NCBI RefSeq assembly: GCF_006345805.1 | Contig: NC_043010.1 | Span: 23,126,001 to 23,190,000, forward strand | DNA from: Octopus sinensis | Taxonomy: Eukaryota | DNA: 64,000 bases | Reading direction: 5' to 3' | Shown: piece by piece, positions 1 through 15,137 of the stretch | How the letters are laid out: the number at the start of each line of letters is the position of its first letter | How positions within the stretch are numbered: position 1 is the first letter of the stretch | The notes under the pieces: generated by a model | Database searches by the model: none | Seen by the model: only the letters and a program-made list of their open reading frames with translations | What the model was told of the DNA's origin: nothing | Translations under genes and position numbers: made by a program

Positions 1-46
1 CTGGTGGCAAAAAAATTCTACAAAATTTTTTGCCACCCTATATTGA

Positions 47-142
<96 letters not shown>

Positions 143-976
143 TAATCCAAACAAGAAAACAAAAAGACAACAACGCGAGGATGTGGAACAAATAAAGTAT
201 TATTGGACGCTCAGGAAAGAAGGGAAGAAGGTATGACGTTTCGAGCGGAGCTCTTTGTCGGAAACATAGGAGAAAGAAAGATCCCGAGGCGGGAGAACAG
301 AGGGAAAAAAATTGCAGGTAGTCTTCACGAGGTCACATACTGAAAAGATGGAAGTGGTGAAAAAGGAGGAACATGTTTTTAAAAACAGGAGAGCTGAATC
401 AAAGAAGGAATGGTAAAAAAAGGTGTGCGAGATGACAAGGGTGTATGTGTGAGTGTGTGCGTGTGTGTGTATGTGTGTGTATGGTGGACAATGGCTAGTA
501 GCAGGCAGTAGTAGAATTAAAGGAGTGGTGTGGGGGTACCCTAGCAAGTCAGGAAGGCAGGTCAGAAACAGGGAGGTATATGTGTGTGCGTGTATATGTA
601 TCGTGTGTGTGTTTTGTTGTAGTATGTGTGTGTGTACGTGTGCGTTTTTTTGTGTGTATGGCGAGTAACTGTGCTTAACTAAGTGTATGTGTGCGTGTGT
701 GCTTGTACGTGCGTATATGTATAATTGTGTGAGTGTATGTATGTGTGTGCGTGTATGTATGTATGGTTGTGTGCCGTATGGGATGTATGTGTGGGTTCAT
801 TTGTGTGTGTGTGCGTGTGTGTACAAAATGTAGGGGTTTATATGTGTGTTTATATGTTTATATGTGTGTATATATATGCATGCAAGGACACATTTCGCAA
901 CTGAGAGACTGATGAAGAAGACTCTCGCAGTGAAGGGCGCATGCGAATCCCCAGGCACAACGCACACGCCCAGACG

Positions 977-1020
<44 letters not shown>

Positions 1021-1543
1021 TTTGTCCTTCCAGCATCGTTTGAGAACCGATGCTGGTGTGTTTAAGTCCCCGTAACTTACCAGTTCGGCAAAAGAGGCCG
1101 ATAGAATAACTACTAGGCTTCCAAAGAATAAGTCCTGGGGTCGACAACCACTACCATCGCCACCACAACTGCCATAAACACACCATTCAGACTTCTGACG
1201 CAAGCACCACTTATGCCTTTGACTCCGACACCTTCCCGTCCACCACCATCACCACTGTCTTTCACATCAATTACTATCACTGTCAGCACTGACTGCTTCA
1301 GCTAACACCACCGCCACCTCCGCCTCTATCAAGACTACAGCTCATACTATTACTATCACCCCATTACCATCACAACTGTCAATCTACTACTGCCATCACC
1401 GTCTCTATGTTTACTATTACTTTCATCCTACCATGAGGAATAGTATAAGTGTCATTCAATAGTTGTGAGGTTGCAAAACGAACCTCACCACACAGCCATG
1501 CCTACACCTATATACGTATATATACATACATCTATACATATAT

Positions 1544-1962
1544 GGCGAAGGCGTGGCTGTGTGGTAAGAAGCATGCTTCCCAACCACATGGTACTAGGTT
1601 GAGTCCCACTGCGTGGCACCTTACGCAGGTGTCTTCTACTAGAGCCTTGAGCCGACCAAATCCCTGTGAGTGGATTTGCTAGACGGAAACTGAAACAAGC
1701 TCTTCGTATATATGTGTGTGTATACGTGTGTGTATTTGTGTGTGTATGTGTCTGTGTTTGTCTCCCCACCATCACTTGTCAACCAATGTTGGTGTGTTTA
1801 CGTCTCCGTAACTTAGCGGTTGATAGAATAAGTACTAAGCTTACAAAGAATAAGTCCTGGGGTTAATTGGTTCGACTAAAGGCAGAGTTCCATCATGGCT
1901 GCAGTGAAATGACTGAAACAAGGAAAAGAATAAAAAAATAAAAGAATAAGAGAATAAAAGAA
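1544..1962 (+). mobile_element. tRNA-derived SINE family A (CORE-like CCTTGGGCAAGT block), full copy
   Basis: A/B-box-like head GGCG..GGCTGTGTGGTAAG...GTT.AGTCCC, internal microsatellite, conserved 3' part and AAAAGA-type tail. Confidence 0.85.
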
Positions 1963-2023
1963 TATATGTATATAAACAATAATAAATCTCCGAGTGAGGT
2001 ATAAACAGTAGCTGCACGACGTA

Positions 2024-2486
2024 GTGAAGTATATTTGCCACTTAAATGTGGCTAACCTATAAGGGCTGATGCTACTGTAGCTTGTAGCCCCAGGAAGACA
2101 TCTCCTCCAGCCGGCTATTGACACACTATCTGTGCCTAATCAGTATTTGCAAAGGTAAGTCATCGTTCCCATCTCCTGCTTGATTCCACATTTTCGAGAT
2201 CAGTGCTTTTCGTCACTGGAAAAAGTATATATATTTGCATTGAGAAACATTTCCCATCACTAACCGGTGGTTGTCACACGCTGATGACGGGTGAATACCC
2301 AGAAACTCGGGTCCGTGTGTATCACGTCAGGCTGGAGATGGGAAAGATGGCTTCCCTTCGGAAATACTGATAGGGCACAGAAAGTGTGTCAATAGCCAGG
2401 TGGGGGAGATGTCTTCCTGGGGCTACAAGCTACATTAGCATCAACCCTTAATAAGTTAACCGCGTTTAGGTGACAAATATACTTCA

Positions 2487-2488
<2 letters not shown>
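2024..2488 (+). mobile_element. Older Penelope-like 3' fragment with an upstream inverted copy (arms about 2024-2183 and 2327-2487)
   Basis: Diverged inverted repeats of about 160 bp flank an HHR. The right arm ends at (TA)n (2489). Confidence 0.65.
2275..2319 (+). ncRNA. Minimal type I hammerhead ribozyme
   Basis: CACACG-CUGAUGA-C-GGGU(GAAU)ACCC-A-GAAAC-UCGG-GUC^CGUGUG. Confidence 0.85.
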
Positions 2489-2567
<79 letters not shown>

Positions 2568-3219
2568 ATGTTATAATGACGATACAATAATGCAATAGGA
2601 GAGGAATATTCTTTTGGCATTCTTGCATTCCTGCTGTCTATTTTTCTCAAGCAAATTGTTGTATCCGATTAGATATCACCAACCCTTTCATTTATCTTAA
2701 TTATACATTGATGTCACGTGAATTTTCGACCGAGTCACTGCCGTTTCTACTACTACTACTACTACTATTACTACTACTACTACTACTACAGCAGCAGCAG
2801 CCTGATCATCATCATAAATACATAGGTATATGCATGTGTATATACATACATGTATAAATACATATAGTTATATATATATATGTATATATATACATATACA
2901 AATATACACACCACATATATATATACATATATATACATATATACATATATACATATATATATTATAATATATATAATATATATGTGTGTGTGTGTGTGTG
3001 TTGTGTGTGTGGTGTGTGTATATGTATACACACGCACACACACACACATATATATATATATTTATTTGCTCGCACTCACAGACGCCTGCAAAGCATACAT
3101 ATATAAACTAATTAATTTTTCCAGGCTTGACTATCTTGTGTGCGTGTATAATATATAACATGTACACAATGCAGCGCGCAAGTGCCCGCGCACATACACA
3201 ATTGCATGCCCACATACAT

Positions 3220-3274
<55 letters not shown>

Positions 3275-3480
3275 TATATATATTTATACATAGATGCATA
3301 TAGAGAGAGACAGATGAATATATCTATCGACACAGAATGTATGCAATACATACATACATGCATACACACATACACATATGCATACATACAAGCACACACG
3401 CACACATATGTATACATACATGCATGCGTATACATACATACATACATACATACATACATACATACATACAACATATATAT

Positions 3481-3543
<63 letters not shown>

Positions 3544-4299
3544 ACGCACACAGAGGCACATATATTTCTACTCTTCTGTGCAACGCGTACACAACGTCAC
3601 ACAACCTCACAGAACCTCATACCACCACACGCAGCCATATCCAGCCCCACACAGAACCACATTTTATTGTGTGTAAAAGTTAATTGCCACATTTGGACAA
3701 TTTGTGCGCGGCCACACTAATACGATCAATGATGATTACACGTCGTCATTTCGATACATTGCAGGATTGGTTTCCAATTAACGAAACACTTGTCTATGTA
3801 TTTCGATTAGAGAATCTGTCAGCTTTCTTCTAAATCTGTAATTAGAGACATTGTCGATCATTATCCTTGGCTTAATCTTCCGTTATGCCACAGGGTCATG
3901 CCTTTCTATGGTTGTTCGTGCAGCTAAAAATAACTGCCAAATTTCCTTCAGCCTCCTACTAATGTCTTAAAGTAGCGAAGGTCATACTTGATAATATAGA
4001 CGTGGGATTGTTGAAGAGGCTTTTGATGAATACGGACTAATCTATATTCGTTTTAATAAACGGTTTAATCTTTACTGAAGTAAAAGAGAAATACAAGCGG
4101 TCGGTTGGCACGCTAAAAATCACTGCCAAATTTCCCTCAAGTCACATTCTGTTGTTTTAAATGAAAGGAAGGTCACACTGTAGACCTGGAATAACGGAAA
4201 CGTTTTTGAGGAATACTTGCTAAACACTGTTGGTTTTAAGTAACAACTTAATCCTTATTCGAGCTAAAGAGAGAGTGGGATGAGAGAGAAAGAGGACAT

Positions 4300-4343
<44 letters not shown>

Positions 4344-5802
4344 CCTATAAGCGATCAGCTGACCTACTAAAATGGTTATCCATTCTGACATCTTAAAGAA
4401 ACGAAGCTCATACTGGATAATATAGACCTAGAATACTTGTTGCATGGTTGATCTTATTCAAGTTAAAAAGAGGGTCTAATACACTATCGATTGGTCTATT
4501 AGAAATAGCAGTCATATGCCCCTCAAGCCAGATCCTAATGCACAAAAGACACGAAGGACTATATTGCATATTGTAGATCCAATTATACTGAAAAGCCATT
4601 CATCAAGGCCGATTGACGGATTCTAGTTTTAATTAATGGCTTAATCTTAATTAGAGCTAAAGTGATAATTTATTCATGAATGCTCAGTCTGTTTGTTAGA
4701 AATTGTAACCAGGTCACATCCTACCGATTTCAAGATGACATCAGTAAGGAAAATATAGGATAACGTAATCTACATGTATGTAAAAACGTGAAGGGCACGG
4801 TTGGATTGGTTTTGATCATAGGTCGGTACTTCATGGAGTCGGACTCAAAACTGAGCAACAACATCGCAAGAGCTTCAAAGCGACTGCTCTATATGCTAGA
4901 ACAAGCAACCTAATCTCCTTTAAATTATACGTCTTAAGTAATTGCATTCAGAAAAGATTAAGCGATATATTTACGTAGGATAGTGTTGTCTCGAATTCAC
5001 CATATCTTAAACAGATAAGATGATTACTTCTTAAATGCATTTGAACAAAGGTACGCTCAAGATAGTATAGTGAAAAATGTAGTCTTTAACACACTGCAAC
5101 TTAAGTAGATGAGATGATCGCAGCTTGAGTGCATTTGATCAAAGGCCCGCTCAAAACAAGATATAAGATATAAGTAGTAATGAGTACATCATATCTTAAA
5201 CAGATGAGATGATCGCAGCTTAAGTGCATTTGATCAAAAGTTAGCTCAAAGCAGAGATGACTAGGGTCAAACAACAACTACTACCACTACCACCACTAGA
5301 ACGACTATCGCCATCGTACAAGAACAACAACAGCAGCAGCAGCAACATTACCTTCATGTCAGGTGGCTCCACGATACTTTACATGATGAACCACACCCAT
5401 TAAAAACTCTTTTGATTTTTTAACATTCAATGGTTTAGAACTGTGAACTTAATATACGAATACGAACCTTGCAACGCGTGATCGATTCTACGGCTAAATG
5501 TTTTCTGTCAGTGGAGAACATTTGGGATTTCTTCTTCTTCTTCTTCTTCTTCTTCTTCTTGCTGATGATTCATGCTGTCCATAAGTTCACACGCGCAAAC
5601 ATATATCCATCCACATATACATATGAGTGCATGCAATTGTGAGTATCTCTCTGTCTCTCCCTCTCTCCTCTTTCTCTTTCTCCCCTCTCTCTTCCTTCTC
5701 TCGCACTCTCTTTCTCTTCTCTCTCTTTTCCTTCTCTTTCACTCTCTTCTTCATCTTTCACTCTCTTTCTCTCTCTCTCTCTATATATATATATAAACAT
5801 AC

Positions 5803-5835
<33 letters not shown>

Positions 5836-6289
5836 AACACTTGCACGCGCACGCACACACACACACGCACACACGATGGCAGTTGGTTTAAAAATGCGTA
5901 CAGTCATTATTAATGATTTGCGATGCGATGGCTATTATGCCTTGCCGATAAGCTGCAGAGTTCATGAGTTCGTGTGTTCTTTTCATATCTTCAAGATCAC
6001 CAATAGATTAACAACATTGATCATTGGCAGACAGATGTTCCAATGTCAGTTGACATCAGTTCTTGTACTTTTGAATAACCGACAGGCCCAACCTTAGAAA
6101 TAGAAACGCGGTTACAAACTGGGGAAGTGAAGAGAATGAAGATGTTTATGAGGTTTTCTTTTTGTTGCATCTCGTTACACGCTTGCATGTTTAGCCCTCG
6201 GCCCTTCTAAAATCCTTTAGATGAATGTTTTCTAAACGTCCGTGCTTGTTTTCAGCATTTTTAGTTAGCCCGAGTTACATATGTTCTGA

Positions 6290-6720
6290 GTAATATTGAT
6301 ATCAAATTTTGGCACAAGGCCAGCAATTTCGGGACAGGACCCTAGTCGATTACATCGACTCCACTACTCAACTGGTACTCATTTTATCGACCCCGCAACG
6401 ATGAAAGGCAAACTGGACATCGGCGGAATTTGGACTCAGAACATAAAGACGGATTCGCTACACATTTTGTTCGGTGCGCTAACGCTTCTGCTTGCTAGTT
6501 GTCTCAGGCTCTGAGTAATACTGGTTTCACATTTTAGCACAAGGCCAGAATTTCGGGAAAGGGGGCTCGTCGATTACATCATCGATTATTTCATCGACCC
6601 TGCAAGGATGAAAGGCAAAGCGGACTTCGGTGGAATTTGAACTCAGAATGTAAAGACGGATAAAATGCAGCTAAGCATTTTGTCTGGCGTGCTAACGATT
6701 CAGTCAGATCGCTACCTTAT
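6290..6720 (-). mobile_element. Two adjacent SINE family B copies
   Basis: Reverse-complement similarity to the 23002 copy. Confidence 0.75.
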
Positions 6721-6919
6721 TTTCTTACATTTAATTATGTTAATTAAATACGATTTAAAAAAAATTGAATGGTGACTCAATGGAGTAAAACAGGAATTAA
6801 AGGGAGTCCATAGATAAAAAAAAAAGGGAGCTGAGAAACACTGGCTTAGATCAAAGATTTGCACGAGCAGGATTGACCTAAGACTTAAGAACGGCTGCTG
6901 CTGCTGCTACTACCACCAA

Positions 6920-6954
<35 letters not shown>

Positions 6955-8389
6955 CACCACTGCTGCTGCTGCTGCTGCCACTACAGCCGAACAACTACTA
7001 CTCTTTAAGTTGTCCAGGGGGCACAAGTAGCATTTAAGATTTGAGGATTTGTAAAGAACGAACAACGAATATGAAGTGGAGTACGCCTCTGTGTGTATGT
7101 GTGTGTGTGTATGTGTGGTGTGTATGTGTGTGCGTGTTTGTATGTGTGTGTTTGTGTATGTGAATGTGTATGAGTGTGTGCATATGTACGAGCGTGTATT
7201 TGTGTGTATGTGTATGTGTGTATATGTGGTGTGTATGTGCGTGTGTGTATGCATATGTGAATGTGTATGAGTGTGTGTATATGTATGAGCGTGTATGTGT
7301 GTGCGTGCGTAGCAGGGGCTAGCAGAATGGCTGAGAAACATGGAGGACGTTTATTTATTTATTTATTCATTATCTCCCCTCCCTCCGCTTCTATATTATC
7401 ATCAAATAATGATAAACGCGACACAATTACTGGAATCTTGACCTTTGACCTTCACCTTCCGTCTTCTTATCCATCCTCCTCCCATCTTTTACCTCCCTCC
7501 ACAACATACGCCCCCCCTCTCCGCCACCGCCCCTCGAGCCATCCTCCTCCTATTCCCCCTTCTCCCCTAGCTGTCGATTAATGTCTTAAACATAATGTTT
7601 CTGAAGCAGTCGAGTCCTCAGCGAAGTTTGTACTCGAGACAACGAACCATCTGCTCTGGTCGCCATAACAATTAGCTGCTGCTTCGGGTAAAAGGGACGT
7701 TCGGACATGCAAAAAAGAAAAAAAAGCTCATCTTCACCGTAACCCTTATGCTATCCACTAACCAACCAATCACCGTCCTCCCCCGCCATCCTCAGTACCA
7801 CCCCATCACCCCCCAGCTACGCCACTGTCATCTTCAATGTTTCCGCTATCTCCACCATCACCACCACCACTAAGTTCTACCAGTAGTTTAATTACTGTCG
7901 CCATCACCAGCTCCATATTATCTATTATGAATACCATCCTTCTCCTCCTACTCTCCCTCCCTCTATTCCTCCCCCTCCTCCTCTTCATTTTCCTCTTTCT
8001 TCTCCTCCTTACCCTTTGCCGCCGCCAACATCACTAACATCATTGCTTCTACTATCAGCTTTGCCATCATAAACCTCCACCACAACTACCACCACCATCA
8101 CCACTACCACCACCACCACCACCACCACCACCACCACCACCACCACCACCACAACAACAACAACAACAACGACAATAATAACAATAGCACCACCACTACC
8201 AACACCACAGTCAACACAACCAGCACCACCACCACCAACGCCATCGACCTCACCTTTACAATTACCTCACCGTCAGCACCATCGTTTCCACCGCCATCAT
8301 GGCCATAATGCGGTGTTATCATCAGCAACACTAATTATCGTCACTACTTACAACAGCAATATTAACAGACTTACTACTACTACTACTAT

Positions 8390-8447
<58 letters not shown>

Positions 8448-9283
8448 GCTGCTGCTGCTGATGCTGCTACTACTACTACCACCACGCCTGCCTGCTCCCA
8501 ACGTCACACCGTTTCTCACCTAAAACCCTCAACTGAATTATATATATTTCTTCATTACCCACAAGGGGCTAAACACATCCTAGCAGCATTATAGGCCCCT
8601 TGGCAATTCATTACACTGTGTCTATTAGTATTTATCTAGTGATAGTAAGTTACAGCATGCATAGATCAGAATTGGACCCCCAGACTTCTGAGGCGCCCGG
8701 ACAAATCAATGTACTGGGCCCTACAGAATTTATTCATTGACAGCAAGCTACAGTATACACATATTACAACTAGGTCCTAAACCCGTGGGGCCCCAGGGTG
8801 CCAGGGTCCCTGAGCAACTACCCAGAGTGCTCATGTCTTAAGATGGCACTGTTCATAACAGAAGTCGGAACAAGCTTCCCTTGTGATTGTAAAACGTGGA
8901 CCCTCACTTGATCCATGGTCATGAATTTCGGGTGTTCCACATGGTGTTTAGTGTCAGCTGATAACAGTGACAAATGAGAAATCTTATAGCTTCCTTCTAC
9001 TGTTGAGCAATAAGATTGCCTAAAACTGGTCGCAGCTTATGGGACACTGCCTGAAGTATCTAGAATTGTCCTGCAAGCAAACTTCTTACCACATAGCCAC
9101 ACCCGTTGGTACCATGCTTTGTTTTTGTTTTTGTTTTTGCCAAGAGTCAATTTTTTCGATCCGACAGGTTCCTACTGCCCTCTTCAATCAGTTTTTATCA
9201 AAAACTTGTAATCTGGATAGAGTAACTACCGATTTCCCAATAGTTCAGCATAGATATTCTTTTCTCAATAGTTCGTATGTATC

Positions 9284-9541
9284 GTGACCCGATTTTCGTC
9301 CAATGTCACTTTGTCCAACATCATTTCGTCCACGTATTTTTGTCCGATGATTTTTTGTCCAATTTTAAATAAACTCTTTCCAAAACAAGGTGAACTCCAA
9401 AATCAAATAATCATAGAGAATTTTATTCATAGGTTTTGTCGTTGGACAAAAAAAAATCATCTGACAAAAAGACGTCTGACCAAAAGACGTGGATGAAAAG
9501 ACGTTTGACGAAGTGACGTCGGATGATAAGACATAGCACCC
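9284..9541. mobile_element. MITE-like element with inverted arms built from ~15-bp units
   Basis: Left arm repeats TT(C/T)GTCC at about 15-bp period; right arm repeats GAC/GAT(A/C)AAAAGACG in the opposite orientation. Sits in (TATG)n. Confidence 0.55.
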
Positions 9542-9967
9542 GTATGTATGTATGTATGTATGTATGTATGTATGTATGTATGTATGTAGTATGTATGTAT
9601 GTATGTATGTATGTTGTATGTATGTATGTGTGAATGTATTACAAGCATCCTACTAACACACTACACACTATAATCTGAAACGCTGCTTCTGGCCTAATTC
9701 CAGTCCCTTTTGCTTTTAATCTCTCTCTCCCTAACTGCTTATCTTCAGCTGCTTTCAACATTTAATATATCTGAACTTAGTAGGGCCAGGCATGAGAAAT
9801 ATCGCTCCAATTATAATAATGAACATATGACGAGAAAACTGCAGCTACATAAATAATTAGTCGAGGGAATCATCCTGAAACAAATCCAGAATTAGGATTC
9901 ACGAAGACACAGAGGAAAATATTCCGCACACAAAAATAGCTTTTAACTTTTGTGATTTATGTTTCAA

Positions 9968-10197
9968 TTCTTTTACTCTTTTACTTGTTTCAGTCATTTG
10001 ACTGTGGTCATGGTGGAGCACCGCCTTTAGTCGAGCAAATCGATCACAGGAATTATTCTTTGTAAGCCTAGTACTTATTCTATCGGTTGTCAAGCGATGT
10101 TGAGGAAACAAAACACAGACGCACAAACATACACATACATACATACATACATATATACATAATACATATACATACATACCATACACATATATACATA

Positions 10198-10272
<75 letters not shown>

Positions 10273-10762
10273 TATTGCAATAGCCTGGGCTTCAGAGGTC
10301 CACAGCTCTTCAATATCCTCCCGAAGGACCTGAGAGACCTGCATGGGGTGGATGTAGGTTTCTTCAAAATAAAGCTGGACCTCTTCCTGTCAGGTGTCCC
10401 AGATGAACCAACTTCGCGGCAGGGGGTGCAGATGAGGGCAGCTACTTCAAACTCTCATGCACCAAATGTCAATTGCTAAAAAGCATTCTTGAAATAAAAT
10501 CATGTAGCAACACCAAATGGCGGTGCCCCAGCTAGGCCACTGCTCGTGAGCTGAAACTAGATGAAATGAAATGAAAAATGAAATGAAATATGCATATATA
10601 CGACGGGCTTCTTTCAGTTTCTGTCTACCAAATCCACTCACAAGGATTTGGTCGGCCCGAGGCAATAGTAGAAGACACTTGCCCAAGGTGCCACACAGTG
10701 GGACTGAACTCGGAACCATGTGGTTCGTAAGCAAGCTACTTACCACTCAGCCACTCCTACGC
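9968..10762 (-). mobile_element. SINE family A interrupted by (TA)n and the LINE fragment
   Basis: 3' half at 9968-10140 and 5' half at 10590-10762. Confidence 0.8.
10272..10590 (+). mobile_element. 3' end of a CR1/L2-like LINE with an (ATGAA)n tail, nested in a SINE
   Basis: Translates YCNSLGFRGPQLFNILPKDLRDLHGVDVGFFKIKLDLFLSGVPDEP, typical of a CR1-group ORF2 C-terminus. Short-repeat tail at 10561-10590. Confidence 0.75.
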
Positions 10763-11001
10763 TTATATGTACATCTAATGAGTTTTTCTTTTTCTTATTT
10801 CCTCGTTTAAATTTCACTCATATAGAATGACTGGGATATGGGCTAAAATTATATATATTTCTATATGGTTGATGTTGGTGTAACTGTGAGCAAGGGAGGA
10901 GGATGTACGCACTTATATGTCAATAATCTATGCCGGGCTATTATTTAAACATCTGTCTGGGGCTTAAGCTGTTTCTTACTGTCTGTCCGTCTGTCTGTCT
11001 G

Positions 11002-11067
<66 letters not shown>

Positions 11068-11264
11068 CCTATCTATCTATCTATATAAATATATATATCT
11101 GCTCGTCTGTCTGTCTATCTATCTAAACTAAGAGGGAGAGAGGTCATCGGTTATAAATGTATGCATATAGGATATGTATACGTATTTTTATGTATGTATG
11201 TATGTATGTATGTAATGTATGTATGTATGTATGTATGTAGTATATATAATGATGTATAATATAT

Positions 11265-11311
<47 letters not shown>

Positions 11312-11573
11312 ATTATATATATACATACATACAACATACATTACATACATATAATATATATATGCATAATAGTATATATTTATATACACACACATTTATA
11401 TATTCACACACACACACACACCATATATATTAATGTATATAAATATCTGTTTCTGTCTGTCGTCTCTGTCGCTCTCTCGTCTCTCTCTCTCATCTACATA
11501 TATAATATATAGATATATATATATATACTATAATATCTATATATATATATATATACATATATAATATATATAT

Positions 11574-11623
<50 letters not shown>

Positions 11624-12635
11624 TATATATATATATTATATTAAGAGTGTAAGAGAGAGAGAGAGAGAGAGACAGACGACAGACAGACAGACAGATATTT
11701 ATATACATTACATATATATATGTGTGTGTGTGTGTGTGTAATATATAAATGTGTGTGTATATAAATATATATCTATGCATATATTATATTTTTCTTGTTT
11801 CAGTCATTAAACTGCAGCCATGCTGTTGCACCGCCTATACATGCACATATATGCGCATGCGTGTGTGTCTGTGCATATCAATGTCTCTGTGTTTGTGTCA
11901 GTCGCTCCCTACTTGGCAACCAGTGTTGGTGTGGTTATGACCTTTCAAACTTGCGGTTGAGCAAAAGCCACCGAAAAAATAAGCACTAGACTTAAAATAA
12001 GCAGATGCGTTGATTTGATCGACTGCAACCTTGAGGACAGATTTGCCGCATGGCCGCTGCGCAATGGCTGAAACAAACAAAAAGTATAAAGTCTCCATAA
12101 CTTTGTATAATTCTATAAATCTTTATATAACTATGTCACACTCCCCAGTTGCTTGCTTTGTCTGTCTGTTCGTCTATCCATTTGGTTTTCTATTTGTCTA
12201 TTTACGAAAGTATCTGAAACAGAAATAAACCAAAATAACGCAATAAATCACAGAACTACGGAAAAGATTCCTAAACCAACATTTCAATATATTCTGATTC
12301 TAATATTCTATTGTAGTCTGCCAGAGATCGTTTATCGTGCTCGAACTTGGGATATCTTCTCTGCTGGATACGCACAAATATCAATTTATATCTATCCCAT
12401 AAACAACTCTTCGTAATTACATCTACCAATGCAACTTGAAGCCACAGCATGAAGCCATGACAAGGACCGTGAAACAATATTTCAACTATCAATGTGATTT
12501 CCAACAGAATATGCGAATTCTTTTGATAAAACGCCTTCAATGCAAACCCCGCTGCTGAGATGGAATTTCACTGTAATATATATATATATTTCGATTATTT
12601 CAATATTCCTCATTCTATCTTGAACACACATATAG

Positions 12636-12705
12636 GACTAGATGAACTGCTGAGAGATATATTTTCATATTATGATCAATACAATAGCGAGAATACAATA
12701 TGGCG
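12636..12705 (+). CDS. Candidate 70-nt exon (GLDELLRDIFSYYDQYNSENTIWR)
   Basis: TAG acceptor, CG|GTATGT donor, protein-like frame. No homology recognised. Confidence 0.25.
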
Positions 12706-13177
12706 GTATGTGTATGTCTGTATTTGGGCGTATTTATGTATTAATGTATTTATGTATTTGTCTATTATTTCTCAGTAAGTTTAAAATAAATGATGTTTGG
12801 GTGGTACTGAACTTGATAACTTGAGTTCGGTGTTTCTGAAAATCATGCTTCACTGATTTATAGAAATCAATTGAGTACACTTTCTTACCTAAAATATCCC
12901 ATTTATCTTGCCCTATTACCTTACAAGAGATAAATAACTCACTTTACACACAATATCACACCTTAGTGTTTATTTACTCTCTGCATGTTCGTTCCCGTCT
13001 TCATTATTCTATATAATAATTCACAATACAATATTTCTATTTATCCCGCTACAGCCAGCAATATTCAAGCAATCTATTTAGACATTTATTTAGAAAATAA
13101 TATTTTAAAACCGAATTTTCTTTATTCGGATTTTCAAAACACGCTTTGTGAGGGCTGAATGATTAGCACACAGATAT

Positions 13178-13352
<175 letters not shown>

Positions 13353-14084
13353 GACATAATTTTCCTTCTAAACATGTTTTCTAAAGCTGTCTCATAGCCG
13401 TAAGCCAGTTATTTGTATGTATATATTTATATATGTACCAACTGCCACTACTTGCGTATATTTTGAAGAGTGAAGGATATAGAGCGTTATGGTGGTCTTC
13501 ATGCCTTTCTCAACACCACTGACAGTCTTTGAGTTGTTCTATATATTTCTAAAAGAAGAATATTGATCACGTTGTTGTTGGTGAATTGCTTAATCGGTTC
13601 AGCTTTTAACAATTATTTCCACAACTGCAGATACCTAAACTCTTATGGTAATAAAATATTTTCTAAATTACAATTAACATATATCCATCAATTTTCTCTG
13701 ATTAAATGTTGACGTGAGTTGTTAATGAGAATTCTTGTAAAATCTATCTCATCTTTCATTGTCTCTTACAAGAACCGAACGGCTATCAATGATAACTTTT
13801 CATGTTAATTTGTTAAACAAACAATTGTTTTGATCTTCTGCTGTGAAATATTAATAAATAACATAACAATTAGCAGGCTCGTTGGTTTTCGAAATCTTAA
13901 CAGACGTAAATATGTGGACATCCGTCGATGTCGAAGAGAAGCGTTCAATCAACTGAACTGCCTCACGTGTTTCCGGTTCAGTGATGTTGTGTAAATTCTT
14001 GGGCACCGGCTCAGCCAATGCTTTGTGAGGGAATTTGGTGGACGGAAGCCGTTTGGAAGTCTGTCATATGTGTGTGTGTGTCCT

Positions 14085-14400
14085 TGTGTTGTGAAGACGT
14101 GTGGTTAATGGTTAGGGTGCTCGGTCACAATCGTAAGGCCGTGAGTTCAATTCCCGGCGACACATTGTGTTCTTGAGCAAGACACATTATTCCACATTGC
14201 TCCAGTCCACCAAGCTGGCAAAAATGAGTTGTACTTGTAATTCAAGAGTCTTGTGACATTCTGTGTCACGCCAAATCTCCTGAACTATGTTAGGGGCACG
14301 CGTATCTTTGGTGTATTCAGCCATTTGAACGTTAATTTCACGGACAAGCAGTTTCGTTGATCGGATCAATTGGAACGCTGGTCGTAACTGACAAAGTACC
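14085..14400 (+). mobile_element. tRNA-derived SINE family C
   Basis: Head GTGGTTAATGGTTAGGG...GAGTTCAATTCCCGGCG; homologous to the minus copy at 56030-56405. Confidence 0.7.
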
Positions 14401-14515
14401 TGTGACTTCGTGTTTAAGTACTTACCACTATGCACCGTTTCACAGCCGATGTTAGTTTGTTTACATCGCTATAACTTAACAATTCGCCGAAAGTGACGCC
14501 TAGAATACATACATA

Positions 14516-14694
14516 GGCGCAGTCGTGGCTGAGTGGTGAGAACATTGCTTCCCAACCACATGGTCCCGGGTTCATTCTCACTGCGTGGCACTTTGGGCAA
14601 GTGTTCTCTGCTTTAGTGACCGGCCTACAAAAGCCTTGTGAGTAGATTTAATTGACGAAGACTGAAAGAAGCCCATTGTTTGTGAGTATGAATT

Positions 14695-14753
<59 letters not shown>

Positions 14754-14768
14754 AAAAAAATGCAAACT

Positions 14769-14813
<45 letters not shown>

Positions 14814-15137
14814 CATATATAATATGATATATATATAATATATATATATCTATATAATATATATATCTATATATTTGTCTGTGTAGTGTTTGTGTGTGTG
14901 TGTGTGTGCGCGCGTGTATGTATGTTGTACGAGAGTTATTGCTTCTATTTCTCCCCCGCCAAAGCTTGACAATAGGCGTTGATATATATTCATATGTCCC
15001 CATAACTAAGTAGTTCGGCTAAAAGACTGATAAAATAAGTACTAGGTTAAAAACGAATGTGATGTCATCAATTCAACTAAAATTCTTCTTGGCGTTGCCC
15101 CAGCATAGCCGCCGTCAAATGATTGAAACAAGTAAAC
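14516..15137 (+). mobile_element. SINE family A with an expanded internal microsatellite
   Basis: Head at 14516-14690, 3' part at 14940-15137. Confidence 0.75.

Noticed and set aside
12271-12540. 89-aa minus-strand ORF
   Set aside because: Non-ATG start, no convincing splice pair or recognisable homology.
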